Assembly: GCA_039589315.1 (NCBI GenBank)
Contig: JBDHHQ010000046.1
Location: 1-36,669 of the forward strand
Source of the DNA: Gemmatimonadota bacterium
GTDB lineage: Bacteria; Gemmatimonadota; Gemmatimonadetes; Longimicrobiales; Gaopeijiaceae
Direction: 5' to 3'
DNA: 36,669 nt
A model generated the notes under the pieces. It saw nothing but the letters and a program-made list of their open reading frames with translations, was not told where the DNA came from and did not search any database. Below, in pieces: positions 1-9,908 of the stretch. Every line of letters begins with the position of its first letter. Position 1 is the stretch's first letter. A program made the position numbers and the translations under genes.

Positions 1-1608
1 GGCGAGTTCGCGTTCTCCATCTCGTTGGCCCTCTCCATTCTCTACGTCGCTCTGGTCACCCGGGCGATGGTCGCGTCGCGTCGCGGAGGATCCATCATGG
101 CGGCCGTGCTGGCCGCTACCGCGTTGAGCCATGTCCTCACGACGCTGGCGGCGGTGCTCGCTTCCATTCCAGGCGCGCTGTGGCGAAGGTCCCGCCCCGC
201 CGTGCTGACGTCGTGGTGGCTGGGTTTCGCGCTGGCCGGCGTGTGGGCTCTGCCCTTCCTGGTGCGGGCGGGCGAGATGGGACACCTGCCCTGGATCCCC
301 GGGACCTCGCCGTCGTTGCTGGTCCCCGTCGAGCTCTGGTTCGTGCTGCCGGGTGCCGTCCTGGGACTGCACCTGCTCTGGAGGTCCGGCCCAAGGGCCC
401 TGCCCCTGCTGACGTTGATGGGTGCCAGCGGGGTGGTGCTCCTCGTGCCCTCGGGCCTGGAGATGCGGGACCGCCTGCTGCCCTTCTGGTACTTCGGGAT
501 CCACCTCCTGGCCGGGCTGGCCGTCGGTCGTGGGATCGAGACGTTTCTGGAGACGCGGTCCGCGAAGGCCCTGGCCACGGCAGTGGGCGTCGGGGGCCTG
601 TTGGCGGCGCTGTTCGTTCTGCGGGACGTCTCGACGGTACGAAGCTTCGCGGCGACGAGCCTCGAGGGCTATGAAGCCCAGGACGCCTGGCCCATGCATG
701 AGCGCCTCATCGAGGCCGTTGCGGATTTGCCACCGGGGCGGGTCCTCTGGCAGAGCGACAGCACCCTCGCCGCCCTCGGCAGCGTGAACGCCCCGGCCCT
801 CCTCCCATACTGGTCGGCCGATCACCCCACCCTCCACGGGCTCTTGGTCGAGTCGAGCCGGTCTGCGCCCTTCACCCTGACCGTCCTGGGTGAGGTCTCG
901 CCGGCTCCCGCCAAGCCCTCTTTCCGGGTGTGGCCGGACGAGGCGAGATACGACCTGGAAGTCGGCGTGGCCCACATGGCGTTCATGGGCGTTCGGTACT
1001 ACGTGACCTTCACCGATCGGGCCACGGCCACAGCCAATCTGCGACCCGATCTTCGCCCCCTCCGGTCGGATGGGGATTTCGCCGTCTTCGAGGTTGACGC
1101 TCGGCCCCTGGTCACGCCCGCTCGGAGCGGCCCGACCGTCCATGCGGGACCCGACTTCGACGTCGTCGCCCGGTCGTGGTTCCATCGCCGGGGGCGGTTG
1201 ACCGAGTGGCTGGTCGAGTCGGGACCGCCGGACTGGCCGCGTGCGACGGGAGACCCCGTCGATTGGCCCCCGGCTCCCGCAACGGCGTCGCACGGTCTGG
1301 TCACCGCCATCGTCGAGGAGGGCGACAGGATCCAATTCCGCACCAGCGCCGTAGGCGTCCCGCACCTCGTGCGCGTCTCCTTCTTTCCGAACTGGCGGGT
1401 CCGGGGTGCCGAGGGACCCTACCGGGCCGCACCGTCCTTCATGGTGGTCGTGCCGACGCAGGAGACCGTGACGCTGAGCTTCGAGGACACGTGGGTGGAG
1501 TGGACCGGTCGGCTTCTGACGGGGACGGCCCTCGCCTGGCTGTTGATCCAGGCGGTGCGCAGGCGCCGGGCGAGGAACACGGCCTCGGGAAAGGCGGGAG
1601 GCGCCTGA
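1..1608 (+). CDS. 5'-truncated polytopic membrane protein, PTPS-related (PF10131-like) / GT-C-like
   Basis: Frame is open from base 1 (GEFAFSISLA...). Many TM segments. Shares LSHV, PPGRVxWQSDST, HPTLxGLLxESS, GVRY and FPNW...GPYRAAP with the 10746-12869 paralog. Confidence 0.8.
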   Translation, partial: GEFAFSISLALSILYVALVTRAMVASRRGGSIMAAVLAATALSHVLTTLAAVLASIPGALWRRSRPAVLTSWWLGFALAGVWALPFLVRAGEMGHLPWIPGTSPSLLVPVELWFVLPGAVLGLHLLWRSGPRALPLLTLMGASGVVLLVPSGLEMRDRLLPFWYFGIHLLAGLAVGRGIETFLETRSAKALATAVGVGGLLAALFVLRDVSTVRSFAATSLEGYEAQDAWPMHERLIEAVADLPPGRVLWQSDSTLAALGSVNAPALLPYWSADHPTLHGLLVESSRSAPFTLTVLGEVSPAPAKPSFRVWPDEARYDLEVGVAHMAFMGVRYYVTFTDRATATANLRPDLRPLRSDGDFAVFEVDARPLVTPARSGPTVHAGPDFDVVARSWFHRRGRLTEWLVESGPPDWPRATGDPVDWPPAPATASHGLVTAIVEEGDRIQFRTSAVGVPHLVRVSFFPNWRVRGAEGPYRAAPSFMVVVPTQETVTLSFEDTWVEWTGRLLTGTALAWLLIQAVRRRRARNTASGKAGGA

Positions 1609-1683
1609 CTCGTCCCGGCGTCGCGGGCTCCCCTTGTCCATGCGGCGACGAGAGCTCGCGAATTCCACGTGGGGACTACGTCG

Positions 1684-2424
1684 TCAGTGCGCCGTCGTGT
1701 CCGGGAACCTCTGCTCGCCCCAGTTTGGATTGGGGATGAGCGCCGCCAGGGCCTGACACATTCCCAGCGCGTAACTCTCCATCTGCCAGGCATGCAGGTC
1801 GGAGGTGTGCACCGTCCCGGCGACCGCGTTCACGAGCGGGCCCGCCAGCGCCTTCCCCACGAAACGCCCCACGTAGGCCCGCGTGGGTCCGGGTCGGCCC
1901 TGCAAGGACCCCCGGAACTGAGCGTCGCGGTAGAGACGATCGCACGTCTTCAACACTGCGGCCATGGCCAGCGGCGGCAGCTTGCGGTACTGCCAGAAGA
2001 CCTCTTCGAGGGCCACCTCGAAGTCGTGGTGGCCCCGCTCCACGACCTCTTGCGCCGCCGATTCCACCTGGGAGTCGGCAGGCCAGGGCTGGGAGTCGCC
2101 CGTGGCGAGCCAGTCGAGGTTCACGCCGAACACGCGGCCCACCCGCACCAGGTAATCGACTGGCGGATCCCGGTCCGAATGGTAGTTGCGCACCGCCTCG
2201 TAGCTGATCTCGTAGTCTCCGCCTTCGGTCAGGCGACGCCAGAAGTCCCGGAGTGTCTTGCACTGCACCGCCTGGCGGACGTACTCGAGCCTACGGGCGA
2301 ATCCGTTGCGGGAACTGGACTTGAGAGAGCTTCGTACGGCCTGGGTGTACAAATGTGCCTCCCGTACCGCGTTTGTGGGCCCTGGGGAAGGGGCGAATCT
2401 CCCACCGGAAACATCCGTTTGCAA
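1684..2424 (-). CDS. Putative XRE/Cro-like HTH protein (start uncertain)
   Basis: ISYEAVRNYHSDRDPPVDYLVRVGRVFGVNLDWLATG resembles the XRE-family recognition helix and its 'xxDWLxxG' end. Confidence 0.6.
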   Translation of the reverse strand: MQTDVSGGRFAPSPGPTNAVREAHLYTQAVRSSLKSSSRNGFARRLEYVRQAVQCKTLRDFWRRLTEGGDYEISYEAVRNYHSDRDPPVDYLVRVGRVFGVNLDWLATGDSQPWPADSQVESAAQEVVERGHHDFEVALEEVFWQYRKLPPLAMAAVLKTCDRLYRDAQFRGSLQGRPGPTRAYVGRFVGKALAGPLVNAVAGTVHTSDLHAWQMESYALGMCQALAALIPNPNWGEQRFPDTTAH

Positions 2425-2435
2425 GTAGACCCACG

Positions 2436-2696
2436 CTAATACGGTCGTTGGGGGGACGCAAGAACCGTGTGTCGAGGCGTGGTTGTCGGGCAGCAGGCTA
2501 CTCCGCCTCGGGTCGCCGCGGCGGGACCATCGGGCGGCGTTGACAGATCGGCCCAGACGGTCGACAACTTGGCCTGCATCGCTTCGAGCCTCCCCCCGAG
2601 GACTGCATCCGTAACGGCGTGGGCCCGTGGGGCGACGCGGGCCTCGAGAGCCGCAGCGAGCGCGACGCCGAGGAGGAAGCAGGTGCTCATGGACAT
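2436..2696 (-). CDS. Possible small hypothetical protein
   Basis: ORF with hydrophobic N-terminus (MSMSTCFLLGVALAAA), co-oriented with the HTH gene. No family recognised and the RBS is weak. Confidence 0.25.
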   Translation of the reverse strand: MSMSTCFLLGVALAAALEARVAPRAHAVTDAVLGGRLEAMQAKLSTVWADLSTPPDGPAAATRGGVACCPTTTPRHTVLASPQRPY

Positions 2697-2776
2697 CTGT
2701 CGAGATGGCGACGACCTCGGAGCCGGTGAAAGGCAGCGCCTAGACCCGGTGAGTGTACGGGCCACCTGATCCGTCC

Positions 2777-4937
2777 ATGCGCCTCGCCCACCTGGCCTTC
2801 GTTACCTCGATATTCCTGAGCGCCTTCCTGCTGTTTCTGGTTCAGCCCCTGGCGACCCGCCTGTTGTTGCCGGCCTACGGCGGCAGCCCGGCGGTCTGGA
2901 ACACGGCCTTGGTCTTTTTCCAGACGACGTTGTTGGCCGGATACCTGTACGCCCACTTCCTGTGCCGCCGAGTGTCTCCCCGGGGGCAGGTCATCGCCCA
3001 CGGGCTAGTCCTGTTTCTGCCGCTACTGCTGCTCCCGCCCCGGCTGCCGGTGGAGCTCGGCGCCGCGGTGGCCTCGGCCGGGTGGCCCGCCGCATCATTG
3101 CTGGCCACCCTCGGCCTGCTCGTGGGGGTGCCGTTCTTCGCCCTGTCGACGAACGCCTCTCTGATCCAGTACTGGTGGTCCAGATCCGGCTTCCCCGCAA
3201 GCCATGACCCCTACTGGCTCTACGGCGCCTCGAACCTCGGCTCGCTGTTGGCTCTGCTGTCCTATCCCTTCGTTCTGGAGCCAGCCCTGGGCGTGAGCCG
3301 GCAGAGCGTGGCCTGGGCGGCGGGGTACGGCCTCTTCGCCGTGCTCACGTTCGGCGTGGCGCTCCGGGCCGCGCGTGCTCCGGGCCCGCCGACTGCGAGC
3401 GCGCCTCCTGCGGGAGACGTGGAGATCGACGTCGACGCCGCCACCCGAGGATCGCCGGTGACCGTGGGCCGGAAGCTCCTCTGGGTGGCACGGTCGGCGG
3501 TGGGGTCGAGCCTGCTCCTGGCCATCACGATGCAGATCACCACGGATCTGGCGCCGGCCCCCCTACTCTGGGTGATCCCGCTGGGATCGCCTGCCCCGGC
3601 GACCGTTGGCCGGCGCGACGGTGGTGGCGGTCTCGGCGTCCGTAGGGCTTCTTCTGGTGCGCGGGCAGTACCCCTTCGAGGTCATGCTGGCATTGGCCCT
3701 CGCGACCTTGTTCTTCGGGGCGCTCCTCTGCCACCGGGACCTGGCGGCGGACCGCCCGTCCACGGACGAGCTCACGGGCTTCTACCTGTGGATCTCGTTC
3801 GGCGGCGCCCTGGGCGGCGCGCTCAATGCGCTGCTGGCACCGGTGCTGTTCGACTCGATCGCCGAGCTCCCCCTCACGCTCATGGCGCTCAGCGTGTTGC
3901 TCTACTTCGCCCCTGCCGCCGGTACCTTGCTCACCCCCTATCGGCCGTCGTGGCGGGTGGGCACGCTGTCGGCCATCGCCCTGATGACTCCCATGTTCGT
4001 GGCTCTTCGGAACGCGGAGATCGCCACCGCCGTTCTCGTCCTGGTGTTGGGTCTCGGTGTGGTCTGGGGCGTGGCGACGGCTCGGTACGTGGGACTGGTG
4101 GCGGTTTCGGTCTGGCTCTTGTGCGCGCTGTTGCTCACCGGGTTCACCGACGCGGATTCCATGGTCGCCCGGGAACGGAGCTTCTTCGGCGTCGTGCGGA
4201 TCCTCGACTCCCCGGACGCCATCGAGATGATGCACGGTACCACGGTTCACGGTCGGCAATTCCACGACCCGGAGTTGAGCCGGCTCCCCATCACCTACTA
4301 CTACCCGGACGGTCCTCTCGGCTCTTTGGTCGCCGAGGCGCCGGACGGGGCACGCATCGGCGTGATCGGCCTCGGTACCGGTGCCCTGGCCGCGGCGGCC
4401 CGGGCCGGACAGGAGGTCGTGTTCTACGAGATCGATCCCGTAGTCGTCCGACTCGCGCGGGAGCACTTCAGCTACCTGGACGACTCGGCCGGCGAGGTTC
4501 GCGTGGTGCTGGGCGACGGACGGCTGGCCCTCGAAAAGGAACCGGATGCCAGCTTCGACGTCCTCATCGTGGATGCGTTCAGCAGCGACTTTGTTCCCAC
4601 CCATCTGCTGACTGACGAAGCGCTCCAGCTCTACCTCGCAAAGGTACGCCCGGGCGGCATCGTGGGCCTCCACACTTCCAACCGTCACGCGGACCTCCGC
4701 CGCGTGGTACGAGGATTCGGAGAGACCAACGGCACGAGCGTGCTCTTCTCCGACTACTCCCCTACGGCCGAGGCTCGCGAGCGAGGCGCAGTGCGCACGT
4801 TGGCGGCGGCCCTGCCTACCGACGCGACGACCCTGGAACGGCTCGCCGGCTCGCCACTCTGGACCCGCTTTGCCGCCGACGTGCCCGCCGTCCACTGGAC
4901 GGACGACCATGCCGACCTACTGAGCGTCTTGCGTTAG
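2777..4937 (+). pseudogene. Fused membrane domain / spermidine-synthase-like SAM-fold protein, frameshifted near 3581-3585
   Basis: N-half from ATG 2777 (LSAFLLFLVQP, GGSPAVWNT, DPYWLYGASNLGS, APAPLLWVIPL). C-half in another frame (HGTTVHG, IGVIGLGTG, EIDP, GDGR, DAFSSD, WTDD), which is open only from 3576. Confidence 0.8.
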
Positions 4938-4986
4938 GGCCCGGCCAGGGTCGGCAGCCGCGGCAGCGGTCGCCTCGCGCAGCGTC

Positions 4987-5015
4987 TTGCTGACGGGCCG
5001 GCGCCGCTACATAAT
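4987..5015 (+). promoter_or_regulatory. Sigma-70-like promoter
   Basis: TTGCTG-N17-CATAAT, ending 39 nt upstream of ATG 5055. Confidence 0.5.
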
Positions 5016-5054
5016 GCGGGCGAGCGCAAGGCATTGGCATTGAAAGGAGTGCGC

Positions 5055-5483
5055 ATGACGGACGCCGGAAAGCGGGTCCGGGTGATCCTCCGCTGGGTCC
5101 AGGTCAAGGACACCCTCGATCCCTTCTTCAAGGACAAGGGGCAGTTCCGCTTCTGGTCCAAGGTCACCAGCGGGGGCCAGACGCAGGAGTTGAAGTTCCC
5201 CGAGAAGGGCCACTACTCCATCTCGGACCACCCCCGCTTCAGCAAGATCGACAAGCTGGACAAGGTGCTCTGGGACGGCGAGGTCGGCGACACCATGAGA
5301 GTCGAAGTGTTCGGGGAAGAGGTGGACCGGTGGAGCAAGAACGACCCCCTCGACAACTACAGCCGGCTCTTCGACGGGCCCGTCGAGAGCTGGGTCGGCC
5401 GTCATCAGCCCGGCGACGAGGGGTCGGCAGATCCCGAGAACCTGAAGCTCTGGCGCATCGGCTACGACGTGGAGATGGGCTGA
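5055..5483 (+). CDS. Hypothetical soluble protein
   Basis: AAGGAG RBS before ATG 5055, strong GC3 codon bias, upstream promoter and downstream hairpin. Confidence 0.75.
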   Translation: MTDAGKRVRVILRWVQVKDTLDPFFKDKGQFRFWSKVTSGGQTQELKFPEKGHYSISDHPRFSKIDKLDKVLWDGEVGDTMRVEVFGEEVDRWSKNDPLDNYSRLFDGPVESWVGRHQPGDEGSADPENLKLWRIGYDVEMG

Positions 5484-5543
5484 CGGTCCCGGGGGTCCAG
5501 TCAGGGCACGATCCCGGATCCTCACGCAGCCCGCCGTGAACGG

Positions 5544-5578
5544 AACCGCCCCGGTCGACTCGGTCGACCGGGGCGGTT
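5544..5578. terminator. Probable bidirectional terminator hairpin
   Basis: Perfect 16-bp inverted repeat AACCGCCCCGGTCGAC-tcg-GTCGACCGGGGCGGTT between convergent genes. Confidence 0.75.
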
Positions 5579-5627
5579 TCTGATCGAAGGGAGCCATCCC
5601 TTCCGCGGAGGTCGCCCTCCGAATTCG

Positions 5628-6929
5628 CTACTCCACGAGGCGCAGAACCAGGACCAGCTCGCCCTGCGTGGGCCCGAGGCCCTGGGCACCGGCCGGTCCG
5701 ACGAATCGCGCCAGCACCGAGCCCTTGCCGGCCTGAAGCTCCTCGACGAACATGGTCACGATATTGTTGAACTCGATCGGGAACGCCGCCCCCTGAAGCA
5801 CCTGGTTGGGTGCGGCCACCGCGACGTTCACGACGCGCGGGCTCTCCATACCATAGGTCGAGACCACTTCCTGGTTGATCGCGTCCCAATACGCGGTCGG
5901 ATCCAGGTCGATCAGATCTTCGAGACCCTGCTCCGTCGGCCCGATCATCCCCCCCGGCTCGGCCAGGTAGGGGGTGCCGAGCTCGATTGGGCAGGAGTTG
6001 CAGGTGGCGATGTTGGACCGATAGAAGTCCCCGCCCTGGCCCGTGTCGGCGCAACCGTCCTCGGGGTTCGGCATCCGCCACGGCAGGTAGATGCCCGGCG
6101 TGACCTCGAAAGCGTCCTCGCTCTGGGACGGGTTCGGGAGCTTGAGGGCGATCGTCCGCCCTATGTCACCGTCGTAGGTGTAGCCGGCGGCGTCCAAGTG
6201 GCCGTTCCTGAAGGCGCTTCCCCACCCGGTTCCGTTGGTCTGCGTCCCCCCGGGTGCCCCCGAGGCGGTGTACGTCGAGCACATGTGGCCGGTACAGGCA
6301 CTCGAGGTGCCGTCGGTGTGATAGGGAGCGTACCCGTCCTGCCCGTCCTCGAACGCCCACTCTTCGGCAATGTCTGGGAGGTTGTTGGCGGGACCGGTGT
6401 CTTGCCCACCACCGGCCACCTGGTCCATACCCTCGTCCCAGAGGTCGAAGAGCACGAACGGCTTGACGCACGTGGCCTCACCCGCGGCCGTGGCCGCCGC
6501 CGCCGCCATGGCCCGGACATGCAGGTCCTTGAACCCCAGAAGCCGAGCAAACCAGGTTCCCAGAGACTGACTCTGCACCCACACGCGGACCTTCCGCTCG
6601 GCCTGTATCACCTGGACGGTCACCCGGCTCGGGTCGACCAGGAGGTTGCGCACGACGTTCTGCGACGCGAAGTCCAGAGCTCGAGTCGTTGCAATCCCTA
6701 CGGTGTCCGCCACGGGAGGGGCCTCCAACCATACGCTCGCGCCGGCCAGCGCCGACGCGTCGGCCACCCGTTGGGCTTCCCCTCTGGCGGTGTACGCCAT
6801 GGCGAGGTCGATGCACAGCGCCGCGATGGCGAGGAGCACCACCATGATCACGGCAACGAATGCCAAAACGCCGCCTCGCTCGTCGCGGAGCGTTCTCATC
6901 CCGTTACCAACCCGGTTCGGTCTCATCAT
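5628..6929 (-). CDS. TadG/TadE-like Flp pilus-associated protein
   Basis: N-terminal pseudopilin motif DERGGVLAFVAVIMVVLLAIAALCIDLA...AQRVADASALAGA, CVKPF, C-terminal LRLVE. AAGGAGG lies upstream of ATG 6929 (alternative start 6899). Confidence 0.8.
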   Translation of the reverse strand: MMRPNRVGNGMRTLRDERGGVLAFVAVIMVVLLAIAALCIDLAMAYTARGEAQRVADASALAGASVWLEAPPVADTVGIATTRALDFASQNVVRNLLVDPSRVTVQVIQAERKVRVWVQSQSLGTWFARLLGFKDLHVRAMAAAAATAAGEATCVKPFVLFDLWDEGMDQVAGGGQDTGPANNLPDIAEEWAFEDGQDGYAPYHTDGTSSACTGHMCSTYTASGAPGGTQTNGTGWGSAFRNGHLDAAGYTYDGDIGRTIALKLPNPSQSEDAFEVTPGIYLPWRMPNPEDGCADTGQGGDFYRSNIATCNSCPIELGTPYLAEPGGMIGPTEQGLEDLIDLDPTAYWDAINQEVVSTYGMESPRVVNVAVAAPNQVLQGAAFPIEFNNIVTMFVEELQAGKGSVLARFVGPAGAQGLGPTQGELVLVLRLVE

Positions 6930-7056
6930 CCTCGTTCTGGCCTCCTTGAAGGACCCCGGCGTCGAGCCGACTGGCCTTCCGTCCGCGCCACGAAAACGGT
7001 CGCGACTGGCCGCACTCCACCTTGGCGGGGTATGCCATCTCCTGCAAGGTTCGTGC

Positions 7057-7070
7057 GCAAAGCGAGTGCC
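7057..7070 (-). promoter_or_regulatory. Sigma-54 (-24/-12) promoter-like motif
   Basis: Minus strand reads GGCACTCGCTTTGC, i.e. GG-N10-GC with GGCAC and TTGC, about 130 nt upstream of the tadG-like gene. Confidence 0.55.
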
Positions 7071-7441
7071 CGAATCAATGGACCCCTCGTCGAATGTTTC
7101 CCGCTCTTCGTGCCCGGAACGTGGCGTCGCCGCCACACCTGTAGCCCTCCGTAACGCCCTAGTGGCGGTCGGGCGACCGTGCCCCTGTGCCTTGAAAGGG
7201 CACGGCTTCCTGCAGCAGGCCCGCTTCCGCGCCTCTGCGGTAACGCAGCCCGATCCGGCGACGGCACGTCGGTCCGCGTCCCGCGCGACCAGAGGTGCGA
7301 CTTTCGTGCCGTGCTCCCCACCGCTGTCCCCCGGCGGCGATCCCGGCTTATTCTGACTCAGGCGACCTCCCGGCGGCCGAGCCGCCGTGGCCACCTCCCC
7401 ACACATTGAGGCGCCGGCCCAACGCCGCTTCAGACGGACCC

Positions 7442-8185
7442 ATGAGATCCAAAGTAATTGTCATCCCCTGCTACGACGAGGCTGCCCGTTTCGTCCAGGA
7501 CCCGTGGCTCGAGTTCGTCGACGACAACGAGGGCTTCCGTTTGATCTTCGTCGACGACGGCAGCTCAGACGACACGCGTCGCGTACTCGAGCGCCTGTGC
7601 GAGCGGCGTCCGGATCGGCTGGCCTGCAAGCCGCTGCCCCGCAACCGGGGGAAGGCCGAAGCGGTGCGGGCAGGCGTGCTCGATGCGTTCGACCAATCGC
7701 CCGACGCCGTCGGCTTCTGGGACGCCGATCTGTCCACGCCTCTCGAAACCGCGTCGGACTTCCTCCGCATACTGATAGACAGGCCCGAGGTACAGATTGT
7801 CACAGGGGCCCGCGTCCAGCTTCTGGGCCGAACCGTCGAGCGGTCGGCGCTGCGCCACTACGCGGGCCGGATCTTCGCGGCCCTGGCCTCGATGGCACTG
7901 GGGCTCCGCGTCTACGACACCCAGTGCGGCGCCAAGCTCTTTCGGGCCACGCCGGAGATGCGGGCCGTCTTCTCGGACCGGTTCGTCTCTCGTTGGGCGT
8001 TCGACGTGGAACTGCTCGCTCGGCTCGGCGCGCAGTTGGGCTCCATGGAGGCAGCGGCTGAGACGATCTACGAGCTCCCCCTCGACACCTGGATCCATGC
8101 GTCCGGCTCGAAGGTCCGCCCGTTGGACTTCCCCCGGAGCGTGCTGGACCTGTTTCGCATCTCCCGCCGGTACCTGCCCCGGTAG
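7442..8185 (+). CDS. GT2 glycosyltransferase, polyprenol-phosphate glycosyltransferase (DPG/DPM synthase-like)
   Basis: VIPCYDE, VDDGSSD, NRGKAEAVRAG, FWDADLSTP, YDTQCGAKLF, WAFDVELL, GSKV. Confidence 0.9.
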   Translation: MRSKVIVIPCYDEAARFVQDPWLEFVDDNEGFRLIFVDDGSSDDTRRVLERLCERRPDRLACKPLPRNRGKAEAVRAGVLDAFDQSPDAVGFWDADLSTPLETASDFLRILIDRPEVQIVTGARVQLLGRTVERSALRHYAGRIFAALASMALGLRVYDTQCGAKLFRATPEMRAVFSDRFVSRWAFDVELLARLGAQLGSMEAAAETIYELPLDTWIHASGSKVRPLDFPRSVLDLFRISRRYLPR

Positions 8186-8228
8186 CTGGCACAACGCCGG
8201 CTGGAGTGGAGCAGCGTCGCGCCAATCC

Positions 8229-9779
8229 CTATCCGCCCACCGGACACCCGGGTGGCCATCCTCCCTGGGGGGCAGCTTGGGGCGGTTGGCCCACCGATGC
8301 CCGCAGCGTGACCACGGCCGCTGTCGCGTCGCAATACCACACGTCCCACCCACTGCCTTCGGTCAGCGTGTGGACCAGCAGGGCCCTCGGGGGCAACAGG
8401 GCCACCGTGATGCCGAGGGAATCGAGAGCGGTCTCCCATCCCGGTCCCAGCTCGGCAATCTTCAGTGCCTCGCCGACCAGGTCCTCGCCGTAGTGATCCG
8501 TTCCCCCGTCGATGAAGACCCTCTGCTCGGGCCAGGCCAACAGCATGTAGCCACCCCAGGTGACGTCGTGGAAGACGCGCCCTTCGAGACCGGCCGATCG
8601 CGCCTGCTCGACCGCGGCAATCGGAAAGACGCCCGGATCGAACTCGTCGGGCACCACGGCGACGCCGCCCGGCGATCCCCGCGTGACAGCCAGGATGATC
8701 AGCACGACCAGGGTCGCGGCCGACCACGGCCCCGGCCGGCTCCGGGCCTGGTCGCGGGAAAAAGCCGCACGTACTCCTCCCCGGTCCGGAAGTCTGCGCC
8801 AGAAGGGATCCAGGTGGAGGGCCGCGACGGGATATGCCACGAACCCGAACAGCGCGAGGTTGCGGCGGGCCCGTAGGGCGAAGAGGAGATTCGAAGCGAT
8901 GGCCAGCGTCCGGGGCCACGTGGGCCGACGCCGGCTCCAGGCGATGGCGGCCAGCACCACGGCGATGCCCGCCAGCATCACCGCGCCGCTGGCCGTGCCG
9001 AAGTCGGGCGGCTGAAACTCCTCCGTGACCTCCAGCAGGAGGGTGAGGCCGAAGAAGTCGCGGACGTGCCGGTGGAGCTCGAGGCCAGTGGGGTTGATCA
9101 CCGTGGCCGCCAGCCCCAGGGCCAGCAGGGCGACGTGGGCCCGGGCCCGGCCGAGCCACTCGGCCCGGTCCTGCGCCGCGACCGCTTCCAGCAGGTCGCC
9201 CGCCAGGTAGGTCCCGACCAGGAGCAAGCCGTAGACGAAGCCGCCGTGCATGTTGCACCAGACGGCGAAAAGGGGCACCGCCCACCCGGCCCGCTTGACG
9301 CTCGTGCCTTCGAGGAGCGGGAACAGGAGCGCGACGCCGAGCATGGTGAACAGGTGCGGCCGCGCCACCCAGTGGGCCGAGCTCATGACGGCGGCGCCCA
9401 TGATCGCCAGGTAGGCGAGGACGGGCTCCACGCCACGGGACAGCAGGAAGCGGCACAGCAGGCCGTAGCTCACGGCCAGGATCAGGCCGGCCGCGACGGC
9501 CACCCCGGCCAGGCCACCGACGCCGTGGACCAGGGCGAAGAACAACTCGCTCCCCCACTCGAACGCCAGGAACGGCTCTCCCGCTCGCGTCCAGGAGAAG
9601 ACATCCTGGTGGAGGACGCCCCCCCGCTCGAGCATCAGCTGGCCGAGACGGATATGACGGGCGAGATCGCCGTCGCTGTTCACCAGCCGGCCGGCGAACC
9701 CCAGGGGAATGACGAGGGCCCAGAGGACGAACACCAGCTCCGACAGCGACGGGCGGGGCAAGCGCACCGGTCCGTTCAC
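8229..9779 (-). CDS. Polytopic membrane protein, GT-C-like
   Basis: First loop DGDLARHIRLG (DxDxxxH), ARPHLFT, WCNMHGGF, INPTG, EEFQPP, WGGY and VFIDG motifs, with about 11-13 TM segments by eye. Confidence 0.75.
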   Translation of the reverse strand: MNGPVRLPRPSLSELVFVLWALVIPLGFAGRLVNSDGDLARHIRLGQLMLERGGVLHQDVFSWTRAGEPFLAFEWGSELFFALVHGVGGLAGVAVAAGLILAVSYGLLCRFLLSRGVEPVLAYLAIMGAAVMSSAHWVARPHLFTMLGVALLFPLLEGTSVKRAGWAVPLFAVWCNMHGGFVYGLLLVGTYLAGDLLEAVAAQDRAEWLGRARAHVALLALGLAATVINPTGLELHRHVRDFFGLTLLLEVTEEFQPPDFGTASGAVMLAGIAVVLAAIAWSRRRPTWPRTLAIASNLLFALRARRNLALFGFVAYPVAALHLDPFWRRLPDRGGVRAAFSRDQARSRPGPWSAATLVVLIILAVTRGSPGGVAVVPDEFDPGVFPIAAVEQARSAGLEGRVFHDVTWGGYMLLAWPEQRVFIDGGTDHYGEDLVGEALKIAELGPGWETALDSLGITVALLPPRALLVHTLTEGSGWDVWYCDATAAVVTLRASVGQPPQAAPQGGWPPGCPVGG

Positions 9780-9908
9780 TCCGCTCGGGCCCGGGGGCCC
9801 TGGCGTGGCCCAGTGTGGCGTGCGCCACGCCCGGGGGCGGCGCCCTTTCGCCCCGGCGCGCGGCGGTCGACACTAAGCCTGATAGAAACCACCTCGCTCC
9901 GAGAGCCG

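Noticed and set aside
3586..4615. C-terminal part of the 620-aa ORF 2753-4615
   Set aside because: Arg/Gly/Pro-rich off-frame translation after the frameshift; the real coding frame is the one ending at 4937.
7100..7300. c-di-GMP riboswitch upstream of the pilus gene
   Set aside because: Lacks class I (GGCAAA...GACGCAAAG) and class II conserved motifs on either strand.
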